DNA from: an uncultured virus (IMG/VR IMGVR_UViG_3300046517_000572)
Lineage: Duplodnaviria; Heunggongvirae; Uroviricota; Caudoviricetes
DNA: 64,000 nt
Strand: one strand, 5' to 3'
IMG/VR virus record: IMGVR_UViG_3300046517_000572
This document shows, piece by piece, positions 25,697-36,210 of the stretch. Made by a program: the position numbers and the translations under genes. The notes under the pieces are model-generated. The model searched no databases. It had not been told where the DNA came from and was given only the letters and a program-made list of their open reading frames with translations. Numbering within the stretch: position 1 is the first letter of the stretch; every line of letters starts with the position of its first letter.

Positions 25697-26220
25697 CAGA
25701 TACTCAGCGTGTTGGACGGCAGGATGTCGGAGAAGCCATCGACCACCTGTTGCAGTTCGTAGGTGTAATCCGCCAGCGCCTTGGCGAGCAATTTGAACTC
25801 CGCTTCCGGCCAGTCGCGCTGGGTGTTGTCGATATCCGGCCAGTTGAACGTGGCGCCGCCGCCCGGCAGGCCCAGCCCGGCATTGATCTGGCTGACCACC
25901 GTCGTCGCGCGACCGCGCACATCGGTGTTGTTGACGTAGGTGGCGGTCACGCCCACCGCCGTGGTGCAGTCCACCTCGACCGGCGCCGCCATCATCGCCG
26001 CCGCCTGCTGTGCCAGCGTTTGTTCCGGCGGTATCGGATCGATCGCCATCGCGCCGCCCGTGTCGGGATCGGTGACGATCTGCTGCCCGGCCGACTGGGC
26101 GTCCAGCAGGGCGGCATAATCCTCCGGACTGACCTCGACCGCATCGGTGGGGAGGTCCGCCTCGGGATAGTAATCCGTGTGATAGAAACCCGATGTCGTG
26201 GCTGACCAGTAAACCGTCAT
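25696..26220 (-). CDS. Tail fibre assembly chaperone
   Basis: YWSATTSGFY...PTDAVEVSPEDYAALLDAQSAGQQI, typical fibre-chaperone N-terminus. Confidence 0.8.
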   Translation of the reverse strand: MTVYWSATTSGFYHTDYYPEADLPTDAVEVSPEDYAALLDAQSAGQQIVTDPDTGGAMAIDPIPPEQTLAQQAAAMMAAPVEVDCTTAVGVTATYVNNTDVRGRATTVVSQINAGLGLPGGGATFNWPDIDNTQRDWPEAEFKLLAKALADYTYELQQVVDGFSDILPSNTLSI

Positions 26221-26224
26221 GGCA

Positions 26225-28582
26225 TTACCATCCGATTCCGATTACCTGCACGTTGAATGTTTCATTTCCGATATTCACCCCCGACACGCGGTTGATGCGG
26301 AACGCGCCGCCCGTTTGGTTGAAGCCGATCATACCGATGCACATCTCGCTGCCTTCCTGGAAGGGGGCGATATCATTGCCGACACCCCAGGCACTGACGC
26401 ACTGGTTAACGAACGTCGTTGGCCAGTTGAAGTTGTAAGTCTTCGAGACGCCGACTTGGCCACTGCCTGCGATATCACCGATGGAACACGCCACGCTGAC
26501 ACCGCACATCAGGAACCGTGGCCATTGAATGATGAAGGCGCCGAAGCTGCCAGCAAAACCGAAATCGCCCAGGATGGGTGCGGCATTAGAATCGTTGCTG
26601 TGGCCGTAGGTCGCACGCAACCTGCCTTGACCGGCGGTGATATTGCCGTTGCTGGCGATGGTGCCGCTGGTGGCGAGATTACCCACGCCGTCGAGTGTCA
26701 TGTAATTGCCGCCGGGGCAATTCCAGCTACGCGTGCCGTTCACGCCGTTCCACACGTTATTCCAGCCACCGGCACGGAAGGTCTGAATTTTGTGGCCACT
26801 GTTGTTGACATCGACGGTGAACGACCACTCGCGGGTATTGTAGGCGTGCGGGCTGAAATAATTGCCAGCGTAGAGACCGGTGGTGGCGATGATCTGACCG
26901 CCGACATAAAGATTGCTTAAGCCGTCAAGCGACATCATTGTGGGGACGCCGGGACCGCTCCAATAGCGCGCGCCGGTCGTGGCGTTCCATGAATTGGACC
27001 AGCCCGAGCGGAAGGTTTCAAATTTGTTGCCGCTGGCATCGACCCCGAATGACCACTCGCGGTTGTTGAATGCGTTCGGGCTGAAGAAAGTCCCCGCATA
27101 GAGACCGGTGCCAGCGACGATCTGGCCGTTGACGTTGGCGTTGCTGTCGATCTGAAGATTGCCGTGGCCGGTGATCGAGGTGCCGCTGATGCCGCCCATC
27201 ACGTTGAAATTGCCCGAGCCGTCCAGGGTCATAACCCCGCCAGTGGGCGACGCCCAGGTGCGCGTGCCGGTCTGACCGTTCCAGGCATTATACCAGCCAC
27301 CGGCACGAAATATCTGATACTTGGTGCCAGCCAGATTGGGATCGACTTGAAACGACCATTCATTGGTGCCGTAAAAATTCGGGCTGAACACCGTGCCGAC
27401 ATAAAGCCCGTTCTGCGCCGTCACATTGCCGGTCACCGTAAGGGCGCCGCCCACCGTCGCGGCGCCGGTCACGCCGAGTGTGCCGCCGACCGTGGCGTTG
27501 CTGCGCAGCGATGCGGTGTTGGTCACGGTCAATGTGCCGTTGACCGTCGTGTTGCCCACGGTCGCATTGCCTGCCGTCGAGAACGACCCGCCAGAGATCA
27601 GGCCGTTGACGGTCAGCGAGGTGGGGATCAGCACGTTGGTCGCGGTCAGCGACATCCCTACCGCGCCAGCGGATACGAGGTTCATGGTGCCGTTGGTGAC
27701 GCTGAAGCCATAGCTCGCGGCATACAACGCGATGTGCTTGGACAGATCGAGCGGCCCGCCGGGTGCGACGGTCGCGCCGAACGATACCCCGGCGAGCGTG
27801 GTGAAGCCACCGACTGACGCGTTGCCGGTGATCGCCAGCGAGGCGCCCTGAATACGGCCCGACGATGTGATGTCACCGGACGCGGTGATCGCGCCGGTCG
27901 TCGTGGTGCCTGACACTGACAGGTTGAGCGTCGAGGTGTTGCCAGCGGCGGTGAGGTTGCGCAGATTACTAAGATCACCCGCATCGGTCAGCGTAAATAT
28001 CTCGTTGAGATTGGCGTTGTTCATCACCGATAAATTGCCGTTCCACACCCGCAGCCACTTCCGGGGCGTGACGGCGCCGTTGCCGACGAACGCCAGATTG
28101 GCACCCACCGTCGAGGCGCCCGTGACGGTCAGGCCGGGATTCATTTTGGTGGCGTTGCTGACATCCGGGAACACCGGGGTCTGCCAGTTCACCGCCGTGC
28201 CGGTATCGGGATTGGTTGTGTTGTTGTCGGCGGTCGATTGCCAGACCAGGAATGTCGTGGTGTTGGAACCAACGCGTGCCTCGGCCGGATAGCCGCCGAT
28301 CGCGCTCTGGAAAATAGCATCGTAACGGATCGGCCCGCCTGCCTGTGCCCACTGGTCCCACTGGGTCATCTGGTTCAGCACGCCGTTCATATCGGCGCCG
28401 TAAGGCGGCACGCCGCCCGCCGAGACCGGCGTGAAGGTCAGCGGCGGGAAGCCATCGGTGTAAGACGCCGCGCCATCGATCTTGCCGATCTGTGACGGGT
28501 TGCCGATGGTTCGGATGAACCCCGGCTTGGCGCCGCTGGCCCATGTCGTCGGCATCTTGATAGGAACATTCACCCGCAGCAT
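26225..28582 (-). CDS. Main tail fibre
   Basis: N-terminal GAASYTDGFPPLTFTPVSAGGVPP baseplate anchor; three internal ~75-100 aa repeats; C-terminal IIQW...FPTT-like gp53-type domain. Confidence 0.9.
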   Translation of the reverse strand: MLRVNVPIKMPTTWASGAKPGFIRTIGNPSQIGKIDGAASYTDGFPPLTFTPVSAGGVPPYGADMNGVLNQMTQWDQWAQAGGPIRYDAIFQSAIGGYPAEARVGSNTTTFLVWQSTADNNTTNPDTGTAVNWQTPVFPDVSNATKMNPGLTVTGASTVGANLAFVGNGAVTPRKWLRVWNGNLSVMNNANLNEIFTLTDAGDLSNLRNLTAAGNTSTLNLSVSGTTTTGAITASGDITSSGRIQGASLAITGNASVGGFTTLAGVSFGATVAPGGPLDLSKHIALYAASYGFSVTNGTMNLVSAGAVGMSLTATNVLIPTSLTVNGLISGGSFSTAGNATVGNTTVNGTLTVTNTASLRSNATVGGTLGVTGAATVGGALTVTGNVTAQNGLYVGTVFSPNFYGTNEWSFQVDPNLAGTKYQIFRAGGWYNAWNGQTGTRTWASPTGGVMTLDGSGNFNVMGGISGTSITGHGNLQIDSNANVNGQIVAGTGLYAGTFFSPNAFNNREWSFGVDASGNKFETFRSGWSNSWNATTGARYWSGPGVPTMMSLDGLSNLYVGGQIIATTGLYAGNYFSPHAYNTREWSFTVDVNNSGHKIQTFRAGGWNNVWNGVNGTRSWNCPGGNYMTLDGVGNLATSGTIASNGNITAGQGRLRATYGHSNDSNAAPILGDFGFAGSFGAFIIQWPRFLMCGVSVACSIGDIAGSGQVGVSKTYNFNWPTTFVNQCVSAWGVGNDIAPFQEGSEMCIGMIGFNQTGGAFRINRVSGVNIGNETFNVQVIGIGW

Positions 28583-28594
28583 GCGATCACCTCT

Positions 28595-29218
28595 TTACGT
28601 TGCGGTGGCGCGCACTCTGCCAGACCCGCCGACGATCGAGACCGGCACTGGCTTGAACAGGTATCCGACCGATACCCCGGTCGGACGCGGCAGCACACCT
28701 GACGCCACGATGATCGCGGCTTCAATGTTGGTCGGCTGGAACTCAAACACATAGAGCATTGACATATCTTGGTTATCGACCACGTAACAATGACCGCGAC
28801 CAGGAAACAGATTGATCAGCAGTTGATTGATTGCCGGGATGCTGCCGTTGATGATGTTGAACAGCGCCTTGGCCATGATCAGCACGCGAAAGCCTTCGTC
28901 GCTCAGTTCCATCTGCGTCAGCAGCGCCTCGTTGTTATAGAATATCCCCTGGTTCCACGGCCATGCGCTGATGTTGGTCGCCTCGTCAAACCCGAAGAAC
29001 GGCGTCTGCGGCTGCACGTTCAGCACCCGATCGACCGCGACGATGCGACCCCAGACATCGAGGCCGTAACCGTGCGCGGTATCGACGTTCCACATGAAGT
29101 TATAAAAATCATCGAGGTTCTTGGTCGGGTCGAGCCATTGGTTGATCGCATACAGCAGTGTCTGCATGGTAGGCGACTGGTTGTATTGCGAGATAACCGT
29201 GCCCTGCCAGTTGATCAC
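28595..29218 (-). CDS. DUF2612 baseplate wedge protein
   Basis: ISQYNQSP...TAHGYGLDVWGRIV...FFGF...LPRPTGV. Confidence 0.88.
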   Translation of the reverse strand: MINWQGTVISQYNQSPTMQTLLYAINQWLDPTKNLDDFYNFMWNVDTAHGYGLDVWGRIVAVDRVLNVQPQTPFFGFDEATNISAWPWNQGIFYNNEALLTQMELSDEGFRVLIMAKALFNIINGSIPAINQLLINLFPGRGHCYVVDNQDMSMLYVFEFQPTNIEAAIIVASGVLPRPTGVSVGYLFKPVPVSIVGGSGRVRATAT

Positions 29219-30669
29219 GGCGCGGACGCCAGGGTAACCGTGACATTGGCGGCTGACAGCACGGGAATATGCGCGATGCCGACCGCGATATCATCGAGAT
29301 TGGCGGCGATTGAGGTCATCGCGGTGCCGACCGGCACCGCCGCGCTGACGGCGGCGCTGAGGTTGTAGGTGCCGATGCCGCCGGTTCCGGTGCCGAGTGA
29401 GGCGATCCTGGTGCCGTCCTTGATGCCGGGACCAACGATGGTCTGTCCCACCGCGATCCCCGGCACGGTGGCGACCGCCACTGTCAGGACGTTGCTGGCG
29501 TTGGGGATCGAGCCGGTAAACTGCGCAATCGGCGCGCCGGTCGAGCCGAGCTTGATCGACACCAGTTGCACCCAGGTTCCCAGCGTCGCCACCGCCGCAT
29601 AGTAGCGCGACGCGAACACCGTCGAGCCGATGCGCGCCCGTGAGCCGCCGTCATCGCCTGCCCACGCCGCCAGGATCGCGTTCTTGATCAGCGTCGGCGC
29701 GGTGGATGGCACATGGGTGGAATTGACGATGGTGACGTTCATGATGAACGTCTGTGGGTTGGCGATCTGATAGGTGATGGCGTAACTCGGATACGGCGGC
29801 GAATAGCCTACATTGCTGTCGTAGACGATCACCGTGCTGTTGCCCGACATGGCGCAGCCCGGTGCCTTGCGGGTGAAGATCGCCTGGGCCACAGCGTTGG
29901 CGTCGCCGCCCGCGACGCAGACATAGAGCGAGTGCGCTTTCAGCGTGACGCCGTCCACCAGCATATCGGCAGGGCTGAAATTTTCCGTGGTGTAGGCGTC
30001 AAGCACATCAGGGATGACCAGCACCGCGCCTTGCACCGATGCCAGCATGCCCGCCGAATTGCCCGCCACCGAATTGAACCGGCGCAGTTCAAATGCGGCG
30101 CGGCTCTCGACATCCTGGCCGATCACGCCGTCTTGCAGGTTGGTGATCGAGTCCCAGCCGGGGATCACCTGATACACCTGATTGAGTGCGCCGGTCGGGC
30201 ACGCGATCGGCCCGCTGGTGTTGCACTGGAACGGGATCACCACGGTGCCGCTGGCATCGATCGTGCCCGCGCCGGTCGCGGTGTAGTAGTTGCCATCGAT
30301 CGCTTTGGCCAGCACGCCAGCCGGGATGTGAACGCCTTGCAGTCCGGTGCAGGTTGCCTGCACCGTGGTGGGCCGTGCCGGGTAACGCTGCATGAAGTAA
30401 ATGCGCCCGATGCCGTCCTGCATGCGGCCCGACGCATAGGCCGGATCGACATTCTGGGTGAGCAGGGAGAACGCCATCTGGGTGTCCCAGATGATCGCGG
30501 TCTCGGTGGAGGCGATCTGGCCTTGCGGTGTTTCTAATGCCGGATTGAGGTTGCCGCCGAAGGCGGCTTGCAGGTCGGCCAGCACGCCTGAGAGAATTTT
30601 CGTCTGGGGCTGCGCCTGGAACCCCCTGTCGGTGAACACCGGGCGCGGAACGCTGGTTGTGCCACTCAC
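29215..30669 (-). CDS. Baseplate J/gp47-like protein
   Basis: TPQGQIA...ASGRMQDGIGRIYF...ESRAAFELRR. Confidence 0.92.
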   Translation of the reverse strand: MSGTTSVPRPVFTDRGFQAQPQTKILSGVLADLQAAFGGNLNPALETPQGQIASTETAIIWDTQMAFSLLTQNVDPAYASGRMQDGIGRIYFMQRYPARPTTVQATCTGLQGVHIPAGVLAKAIDGNYYTATGAGTIDASGTVVIPFQCNTSGPIACPTGALNQVYQVIPGWDSITNLQDGVIGQDVESRAAFELRRFNSVAGNSAGMLASVQGAVLVIPDVLDAYTTENFSPADMLVDGVTLKAHSLYVCVAGGDANAVAQAIFTRKAPGCAMSGNSTVIVYDSNVGYSPPYPSYAITYQIANPQTFIMNVTIVNSTHVPSTAPTLIKNAILAAWAGDDGGSRARIGSTVFASRYYAAVATLGTWVQLVSIKLGSTGAPIAQFTGSIPNASNVLTVAVATVPGIAVGQTIVGPGIKDGTRIASLGTGTGGIGTYNLSAAVSAAVPVGTAMTSIAANLDDIAVGIAHIPVLSAANVTVTLASAP

Positions 30670-30696
30670 ATGACCTCCTTGCCGCCATGCGGGCGC

Positions 30697-31131
30697 TTAT
30701 GTTGGGTAGAAATAGCCGAGATAATATCGCTGGTTCAGCCCGGTCCAGTCGGGGTCTTGGGTGCCCTGTGAATCCCAGAACGCAAGATCACCGGTAAATC
30801 CCAAATAGGGGTCACGCACGATCTTGCAGCGGTCATGCGCGATCACACCGCCGATGATCAGCTTGCCGTTGATGCCGAGATCGATGAACAAGCCACCGAT
30901 GCCCTGATAGACATTGATGTTGCAGTTCTGTTGGTTGAGTTGCACGGTCAATAGCTGCGACGCCACGGTCAGCAACGGGATGACCGACCGCATCGTGGTG
31001 TAGGTGTTGCCGTGCGCGTCGGTGGGCGGTCCTGCCGGTGGCGTAAAGATCGGCGCGATCCCGCTGATCGATGCGTTGACCGCCAGACTGCCCACGCCGG
31101 GAGGCGCGGCATTGCCGGGGATAAGCGCCAT
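30697..31131 (-). CDS. Baseplate plug-like protein
   Basis: IPL...SQLLTVQLNQQNC...YLGFTGDLAFWDSQGTQDP; start reassigned to ATG 31131. Confidence 0.78.
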   Translation of the reverse strand: MALIPGNAAPPGVGSLAVNASISGIAPIFTPPAGPPTDAHGNTYTTMRSVIPLLTVASQLLTVQLNQQNCNINVYQGIGGLFIDLGINGKLIIGGVIAHDRCKIVRDPYLGFTGDLAFWDSQGTQDPDWTGLNQRYYLGYFYPT

Positions 31132-31132
31132 T

Positions 31133-32314
31133 TTAATACATCGCCGTGGGGTCGGGGGTGCTGAACTGCGGATCGGCGGCGGGCATCGGCGTGGCGTTCT
31201 GCGGCAGTGCGGGCGCGCTCTTTTCCGGCATGGCGGGCGGCGGTCCCGGCGGCTCGCCCGTGCTGCCCAGCGACGGCATCGGCTGCGACCCTCCGATATC
31301 GCTGCCCTCGGCGGGCAGGAACAGGCTGTTGGGATCATTCGCGACACCGCTTGCCGACGTGTCGGTGGGGACATCGAACGGCGCGTCGGTCGCCTGCACG
31401 CCGCCACTGTTGGTGGGGGTCTCGGCGGGCGCGGTGGCGGGATTCTGGATGCCCTCGGTCTTGGTGAACGCGGGGCCGGAAGCGGGCCGCACCTCCTGCA
31501 CCCAGACCTCGACCACCAGCAGGTTCACGCCGCGTTTTGACTCGCGCGAGTATTCCAGATGCACCAAGTTGGCCTTGGTGTAGACCGCCTCTGGGGTCAG
31601 CACGCTGTAGAAGTCCAGCGACTGCACGGCGAGTTCCAGCTTCGCCAGCAAATCCGATCGCTTGGCAGGACTGCCACCGCTGCCGACCGCAAAGCTGATC
31701 CGCACATCGTAGGGGATTTGCACCTTGTTGTAAGACGCGAAATTACCTTTCTCGATCGGGAAGTCTGCGATTTTCATATCGTGGCGGTAATCCACCTTGA
31801 TCACCGAATCCCATGCCGCGACCGGCTGGCTGTTGCTGTCGAAAATCCCCCACTTTGCCCCGGCGAACAGACCGCCGGGCTTGTCCCGTGTCAGCAGGGG
31901 CGGCAGCGACGAGCGCAGCGCGAGGCCGTAGGGACTGAAGCCGATGGGTTGGCCCAGCGCGTTCATGCCCGCCCCGAGACTAAGCGAACCGCCGATCCCG
32001 GCAGCGCCCAGGTTGAGCGTGCCGGATGCGAACCCCAGGTTGACGCTGAGATTGCCCGACACGCCAGCAAAGCCCGCCTGGGCGGCGGCTGTGAGGCCGA
32101 CCGATACACCGCCACCGGCTAACCCGATCGAGGCGCCAAAGCCGCCCGTGAGCATCGGCACGCCGGGGAATTGCAGCACGGCGGGCGGCGGCGCGGCGGC
32201 GTAGCCACCGCTCGCGCCGAACCCGAAAACCGGCGTCAGGCCGAACCCGGCATGCGCGGCCAGACTGAAACTGCCAGCGCCGACCGAAACGCTGCCTGAG
32301 ATGCTGCCCGACAT
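31133..32314 (-). CDS. Distal tail / tube-initiator (Dit-like) protein with low-complexity termini
   Basis: WGIFD...FPIEKGNFASYNKV...YSVLTPEAVY core; Gly/Ala/Ser N-terminus and Pro-rich C-terminus. Confidence 0.8.
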   Translation of the reverse strand: MSGSISGSVSVGAGSFSLAAHAGFGLTPVFGFGASGGYAAAPPPAVLQFPGVPMLTGGFGASIGLAGGGVSVGLTAAAQAGFAGVSGNLSVNLGFASGTLNLGAAGIGGSLSLGAGMNALGQPIGFSPYGLALRSSLPPLLTRDKPGGLFAGAKWGIFDSNSQPVAAWDSVIKVDYRHDMKIADFPIEKGNFASYNKVQIPYDVRISFAVGSGGSPAKRSDLLAKLELAVQSLDFYSVLTPEAVYTKANLVHLEYSRESKRGVNLLVVEVWVQEVRPASGPAFTKTEGIQNPATAPAETPTNSGGVQATDAPFDVPTDTSASGVANDPNSLFLPAEGSDIGGSQPMPSLGSTGEPPGPPPAMPEKSAPALPQNATPMPAADPQFSTPDPTAMY

Positions 32315-35178
32315 CAGGCGAGGCCCGTGTCAGCGTGCTGCGCGTAGTCGAAGCGGCGGATTTCGCGGTGGATGTCGGTGGCGATGCTGGCAGCATCCTG
32401 CGCGGAGGAATGCACATGCAGCGCGCCGATATGGGTGGTGTTGGATTGATCAGTGCTGGAACTGGAATTGTCGTTGCTGCTCATCTGGAACCCCTGCGCT
32501 GCGGTGGAGGCCCCGACCGGTTCCGGCATCTTGGTTGCCCAGTCGTCGCGACGTGCCGCGTTGCTGCCCGCCAGCGTGGTCGTGGGCGCCGCCTGACCGC
32601 CGGGCGGGGTGAGTGTGGCCACCGCCGCTGGCGACGCCACCAGGGGCGCCTTGAGGGCGGCTGGCAGGGCTGATGGCGCGTAATCCCACCGGTCACCATC
32701 GGGCGTCATGGTAGGCGTCGGTCTCGGCGGTATCGGCTGTGGCGCCGTGGTTGGCGGCGGCGGATCGTTGGACGCCATCTGGGTGGTCGGCGCGCTATGC
32801 CGCAGCCGTGTCATCTCTTTCGCGATCATGTCGCGGTAGGATGCGCCGCTGGTCTTGAACGCATCGACGCCCGCGCTGCCGCCGTGTAGCTGCGCCAGGG
32901 CGCCGCCGACGCCCTTGAGATGTGCGGTGGCCAACTGGGCAAGCTGGTCCTCGGGCGACATCTTGGCGTAGATCGGGTCTTTCATGAGCCGCTTGTGGTG
33001 ATCGAGCGTGTAGTTGGCGAAATACCGCTCCTGCATCTCTGGGCTGTGCAGGAACGCTTCGGTGGATGGCGGTTCTTCGCCCAGCCGCTTGGCGGTCTCG
33101 TTGATCTCGCCGCGCCCCATCTGATACTTGCCAGCGAACCGACCGCTTGATCCGCCCATGATGCCGTAGCGTCCACCGGACTCGCGTAGCCCCAGCACGC
33201 CCCGGAAGGCGTTGGTCTGTTCCTGCGTGGCGCCGACGCCGCCGCTGAGATCGGTGGAGGTCGTGCCTGCGTCGGCATCCGCCGGGCGACGTGGTGTGGA
33301 AGCGCCGCCGCCCGCACCGCTACTGGTCGCCGCGCCGCCGCCAGCGATGCCGCCAGAGCCGACGCCACTGCTGCCGCCCCCACCGTAGCCGCCACCGCCG
33401 CCGCCGCCAGCGCCCACCCCAGCGCCCGTGCCGGTGCCGCTGGTTGCCGCTTTCGTCTGCGCGTCAGCAGCCGCCTGGAGTTTCGCAGCGGCTTCTGCTT
33501 GTTCCTTGGCTGCCTTGGTCGCCTCCGCCGCTGCCTCCAGTTGCGCAAGATGGGCTGCGATTTCCTTCTGAACTTCAAACACCGAATAGGTCTTGCCGCC
33601 CTTGGTGTATTCGGTGGCCGCTGTTCCGGTAAGCGGGTCCATTTGTGAAACTTGGAAACCAAGTTCGCCAGCGTTGGCAATTTCCGAGCCGCTCTTGAAC
33701 GCCGCATACGCTGCCGCCGCTGTCGCTGCCGCCGCTAGGATGATCGGCGTGACACTGATGGTCGCGGCGCCGCCCGCTGCGCCAGCCACAGCGGCCCCAG
33801 CCGCCGCTTCAGCACCAGCCAATCCGAGCGCACGCGCCAACAGACCGGTCAACGGCACCAGGGCAAGGTTCTTGGCCAAGCCCAGCACCGTGGTCATGTT
33901 GGCGATCATCTGGACGATCTTGCCGACCGTCCATAGCTCAAGCAGCAACTTGAACGATGCGCCCCAGCCGCCGAAGAACTGGGCGGTTGCGTCGGCGGCT
34001 TTGCCTAACTCGATGACCTTGCCGATGAACCCGCCGACGTGCCCGCCTTCCATCAGCGTGCGGAAGTCCTGGGAAAGACTCATGATCGCCGTGCCGAGCT
34101 TGCGGCCCCACTCGATCGCCTTCTCAGTCAGCCAGTCCTTGTTTTTGTCGATCCACTGGCTGATGCTTTTGACGACATCGTTGATCGCCGGTCCCAGGCC
34201 GCGCCAGAACTCGCGCGCGAGGCCCATCGCCTTCTGGGTCAGTTCGTCGAGGTCGTTGGAGAGTTCCTTGGCCGCTTTGGCGTCGGCGGCGGTGGTGAAG
34301 TTGCCCGATTCCTTGCGCAGCCGCTTGGCGCGTTCGTAGTCCTCGTCGCTCGCCTGCACCAGCGGCGCCAGCCCGCCGACACCAGCCCGCTGGGTGGCAT
34401 ACTCGATGTCGGTGGCAGACATGCCCTTGCGTTTGGCACCGCGCCGTAGCGCCTCGACCAGTTCATCGCCTTGCAGCAATTTATGATCCGGCCCGCGCAC
34501 TTCCTCACCGAACAGGTCGCGCACCGCAGGCACCAACTCGGAGGTGCCCTCGTATTTGATCTTGGCTTGCTGTTGCGAGACGTAGGCGAACGCGCTGGCG
34601 ACGCCCTGCGATGTGCCGCCGAGCCGACCGGCGATGTTCTCCCACATCGTCAACTGCTCGACATTCATGCCGATGTTGCGCGCGAGATAACCGGCTTCCA
34701 GATTGGCTTTGTTGATCCCGGAGAACAGCCGCTCGACCGCGTTGAGCGTCAGCGAGATGCCGAGCATCGCCAGCATCTCGGTGCCGACGCGACGGATCGC
34801 GTTCGCCGTCTTGTGGTAGGCTTCCGATGCCTGATCGGCGGCTTGCTTCTGCGCCTGCCCGGCGCGCTTGGAAGCGTCCTCCTGGTCCTTGGCGGCTTTC
34901 TTCGCCGCGTCCTCTTGTGCCTTGGCGGCTTTGTTCGCCGCGCTTTCCTGGGCTGACGCCGTCTTGTCTGCCGCTTCCTGGGCTTGCTCCGCAGCGGTCT
35001 TCTGGATGCGGGTGGTGTTGGCGGCGGTCTGCGCGGTGCGCTGCTCGATCTGTTGCAATGACGCCAGTATCTTTTGCAACAAATCGCTGGCGGCGGTATC
35101 GGCGCGCTTTGCCCCTTCCTCAAATCCCTTGGGGTCGAACCCCAGCGTCATCGTCAGTTCTTCGATGATGGTCGGCAT
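32314..35178 (-). CDS. Tape measure protein with lysozyme-like domain
   Basis: MPTIIEELTMTLGFD; Ala/Gln helical body; RESGGRY...AGKYQM lysozyme-like motif. Confidence 0.9.
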   Translation of the reverse strand: MPTIIEELTMTLGFDPKGFEEGAKRADTAASDLLQKILASLQQIEQRTAQTAANTTRIQKTAAEQAQEAADKTASAQESAANKAAKAQEDAAKKAAKDQEDASKRAGQAQKQAADQASEAYHKTANAIRRVGTEMLAMLGISLTLNAVERLFSGINKANLEAGYLARNIGMNVEQLTMWENIAGRLGGTSQGVASAFAYVSQQQAKIKYEGTSELVPAVRDLFGEEVRGPDHKLLQGDELVEALRRGAKRKGMSATDIEYATQRAGVGGLAPLVQASDEDYERAKRLRKESGNFTTAADAKAAKELSNDLDELTQKAMGLAREFWRGLGPAINDVVKSISQWIDKNKDWLTEKAIEWGRKLGTAIMSLSQDFRTLMEGGHVGGFIGKVIELGKAADATAQFFGGWGASFKLLLELWTVGKIVQMIANMTTVLGLAKNLALVPLTGLLARALGLAGAEAAAGAAVAGAAGGAATISVTPIILAAAATAAAAYAAFKSGSEIANAGELGFQVSQMDPLTGTAATEYTKGGKTYSVFEVQKEIAAHLAQLEAAAEATKAAKEQAEAAAKLQAAADAQTKAATSGTGTGAGVGAGGGGGGGYGGGGSSGVGSGGIAGGGAATSSGAGGGASTPRRPADADAGTTSTDLSGGVGATQEQTNAFRGVLGLRESGGRYGIMGGSSGRFAGKYQMGRGEINETAKRLGEEPPSTEAFLHSPEMQERYFANYTLDHHKRLMKDPIYAKMSPEDQLAQLATAHLKGVGGALAQLHGGSAGVDAFKTSGASYRDMIAKEMTRLRHSAPTTQMASNDPPPPTTAPQPIPPRPTPTMTPDGDRWDYAPSALPAALKAPLVASPAAVATLTPPGGQAAPTTTLAGSNAARRDDWATKMPEPVGASTAAQGFQMSSNDNSSSSTDQSNTTHIGALHVHSSAQDAASIATDIHREIRRFDYAQHADTGLA

Positions 35179-35208
35179 GCGGCCCCCTACCTCAGACCGC
35201 GTCGGTCA

Positions 35209-36201
35209 TTAGCCAAACATCGGCGCATTCGATGCCTGAAAGGTCACGAACCAGGGACCGTTCGCCGCCTCGCTCTCCAGTGTATACGTGTAGGTAAACG
35301 GGAAATAATTATAGGTTCTGGGCGTTTGTGCCTTGTCTTTCGGGTCGGCAAAAATGCTGCTTTTGATGGCGACCTGTTGCATCAGCTTGACCGGGCGGAA
35401 CAGCGACGTGACGATGACGCCCTGTTCGTTGAACGTGGGATAATCCTTCATCCCGGACTCGGGTGAGAACAGCGGGATGGTGCCGGTGTCGCGCCCCTGA
35501 CCGCGCGGCCAGATCGCCAGCGTGCCGTTCTCGATATCGCTCCAGCCGATCCCGGAATGCTCGACAATCCGCCGCGCCTGTTGATAGGCGGTGCCGGGAT
35601 AGTAGACATCACGCAGCTTGGCATCGACACCGTGATTTTCAAAGTTTACGCCCATCTGTGCGGCGAGACCCTTCATCACCGTCGCCACATCGACCGATCC
35701 GGCGATGCTGATAGGCGGCGCGGGTTTCAGAGCCACATAATCCGTGCTGTTTGCCTGAATTTGGAACGCGACATCAGGTTGTGAATTACCGTCGAAATAC
35801 GCATTCGTCATAACGCCGCCAAAAACCACCGTCATACCGGAGACGGCGTCGCCAGCTTCGATCAGCACCTGATTCTTGCGTTGCGCGTAGTGCGTCACGC
35901 CGTAGGCAGACAATTGCAGCATCTGGGAAAAATTCATACCCCAGATACGCACCGACGCGGTTTCCGGTGATGCCACGGCGGCTTTGGATACCGTGACGTA
36001 GCAGCGATGGCCACGCAGCGTGACGACGTTCGATCCGTCCTCGCCAAACTGTCCGGTGCCGAGTGAAAGCGTCACATCGATCTTGCGCTGGATATAGGGA
36101 ACCGGGCCACCGTCGCGCGCGGCGTCGGTTGCCAAGGGGTCTTTGCGAGCGGGATCGAGCGGCTCCGGGGCGGCGACCGCCGGGGTGATGATGGCTGCCA
36201 T
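35209..36201 (-). CDS. Baseplate hub protein
   Basis: IWGM...IEAGD...VFGG...FENHGVD...GMKDYP. Confidence 0.82.
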   Translation of the reverse strand: MAAIITPAVAAPEPLDPARKDPLATDAARDGGPVPYIQRKIDVTLSLGTGQFGEDGSNVVTLRGHRCYVTVSKAAVASPETASVRIWGMNFSQMLQLSAYGVTHYAQRKNQVLIEAGDAVSGMTVVFGGVMTNAYFDGNSQPDVAFQIQANSTDYVALKPAPPISIAGSVDVATVMKGLAAQMGVNFENHGVDAKLRDVYYPGTAYQQARRIVEHSGIGWSDIENGTLAIWPRGQGRDTGTIPLFSPESGMKDYPTFNEQGVIVTSLFRPVKLMQQVAIKSSIFADPKDKAQTPRTYNYFPFTYTYTLESEAANGPWFVTFQASNAPMFG

Positions 36202-36210
36202 TATGGCGGT

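Noticed and set aside
26225..28582. Diversity-generating retroelement or invertible tail-fibre cassette
   Set aside because: No reverse transcriptase or invertase seen; fibre repeats are in-frame and differ at all base types, not only adenines
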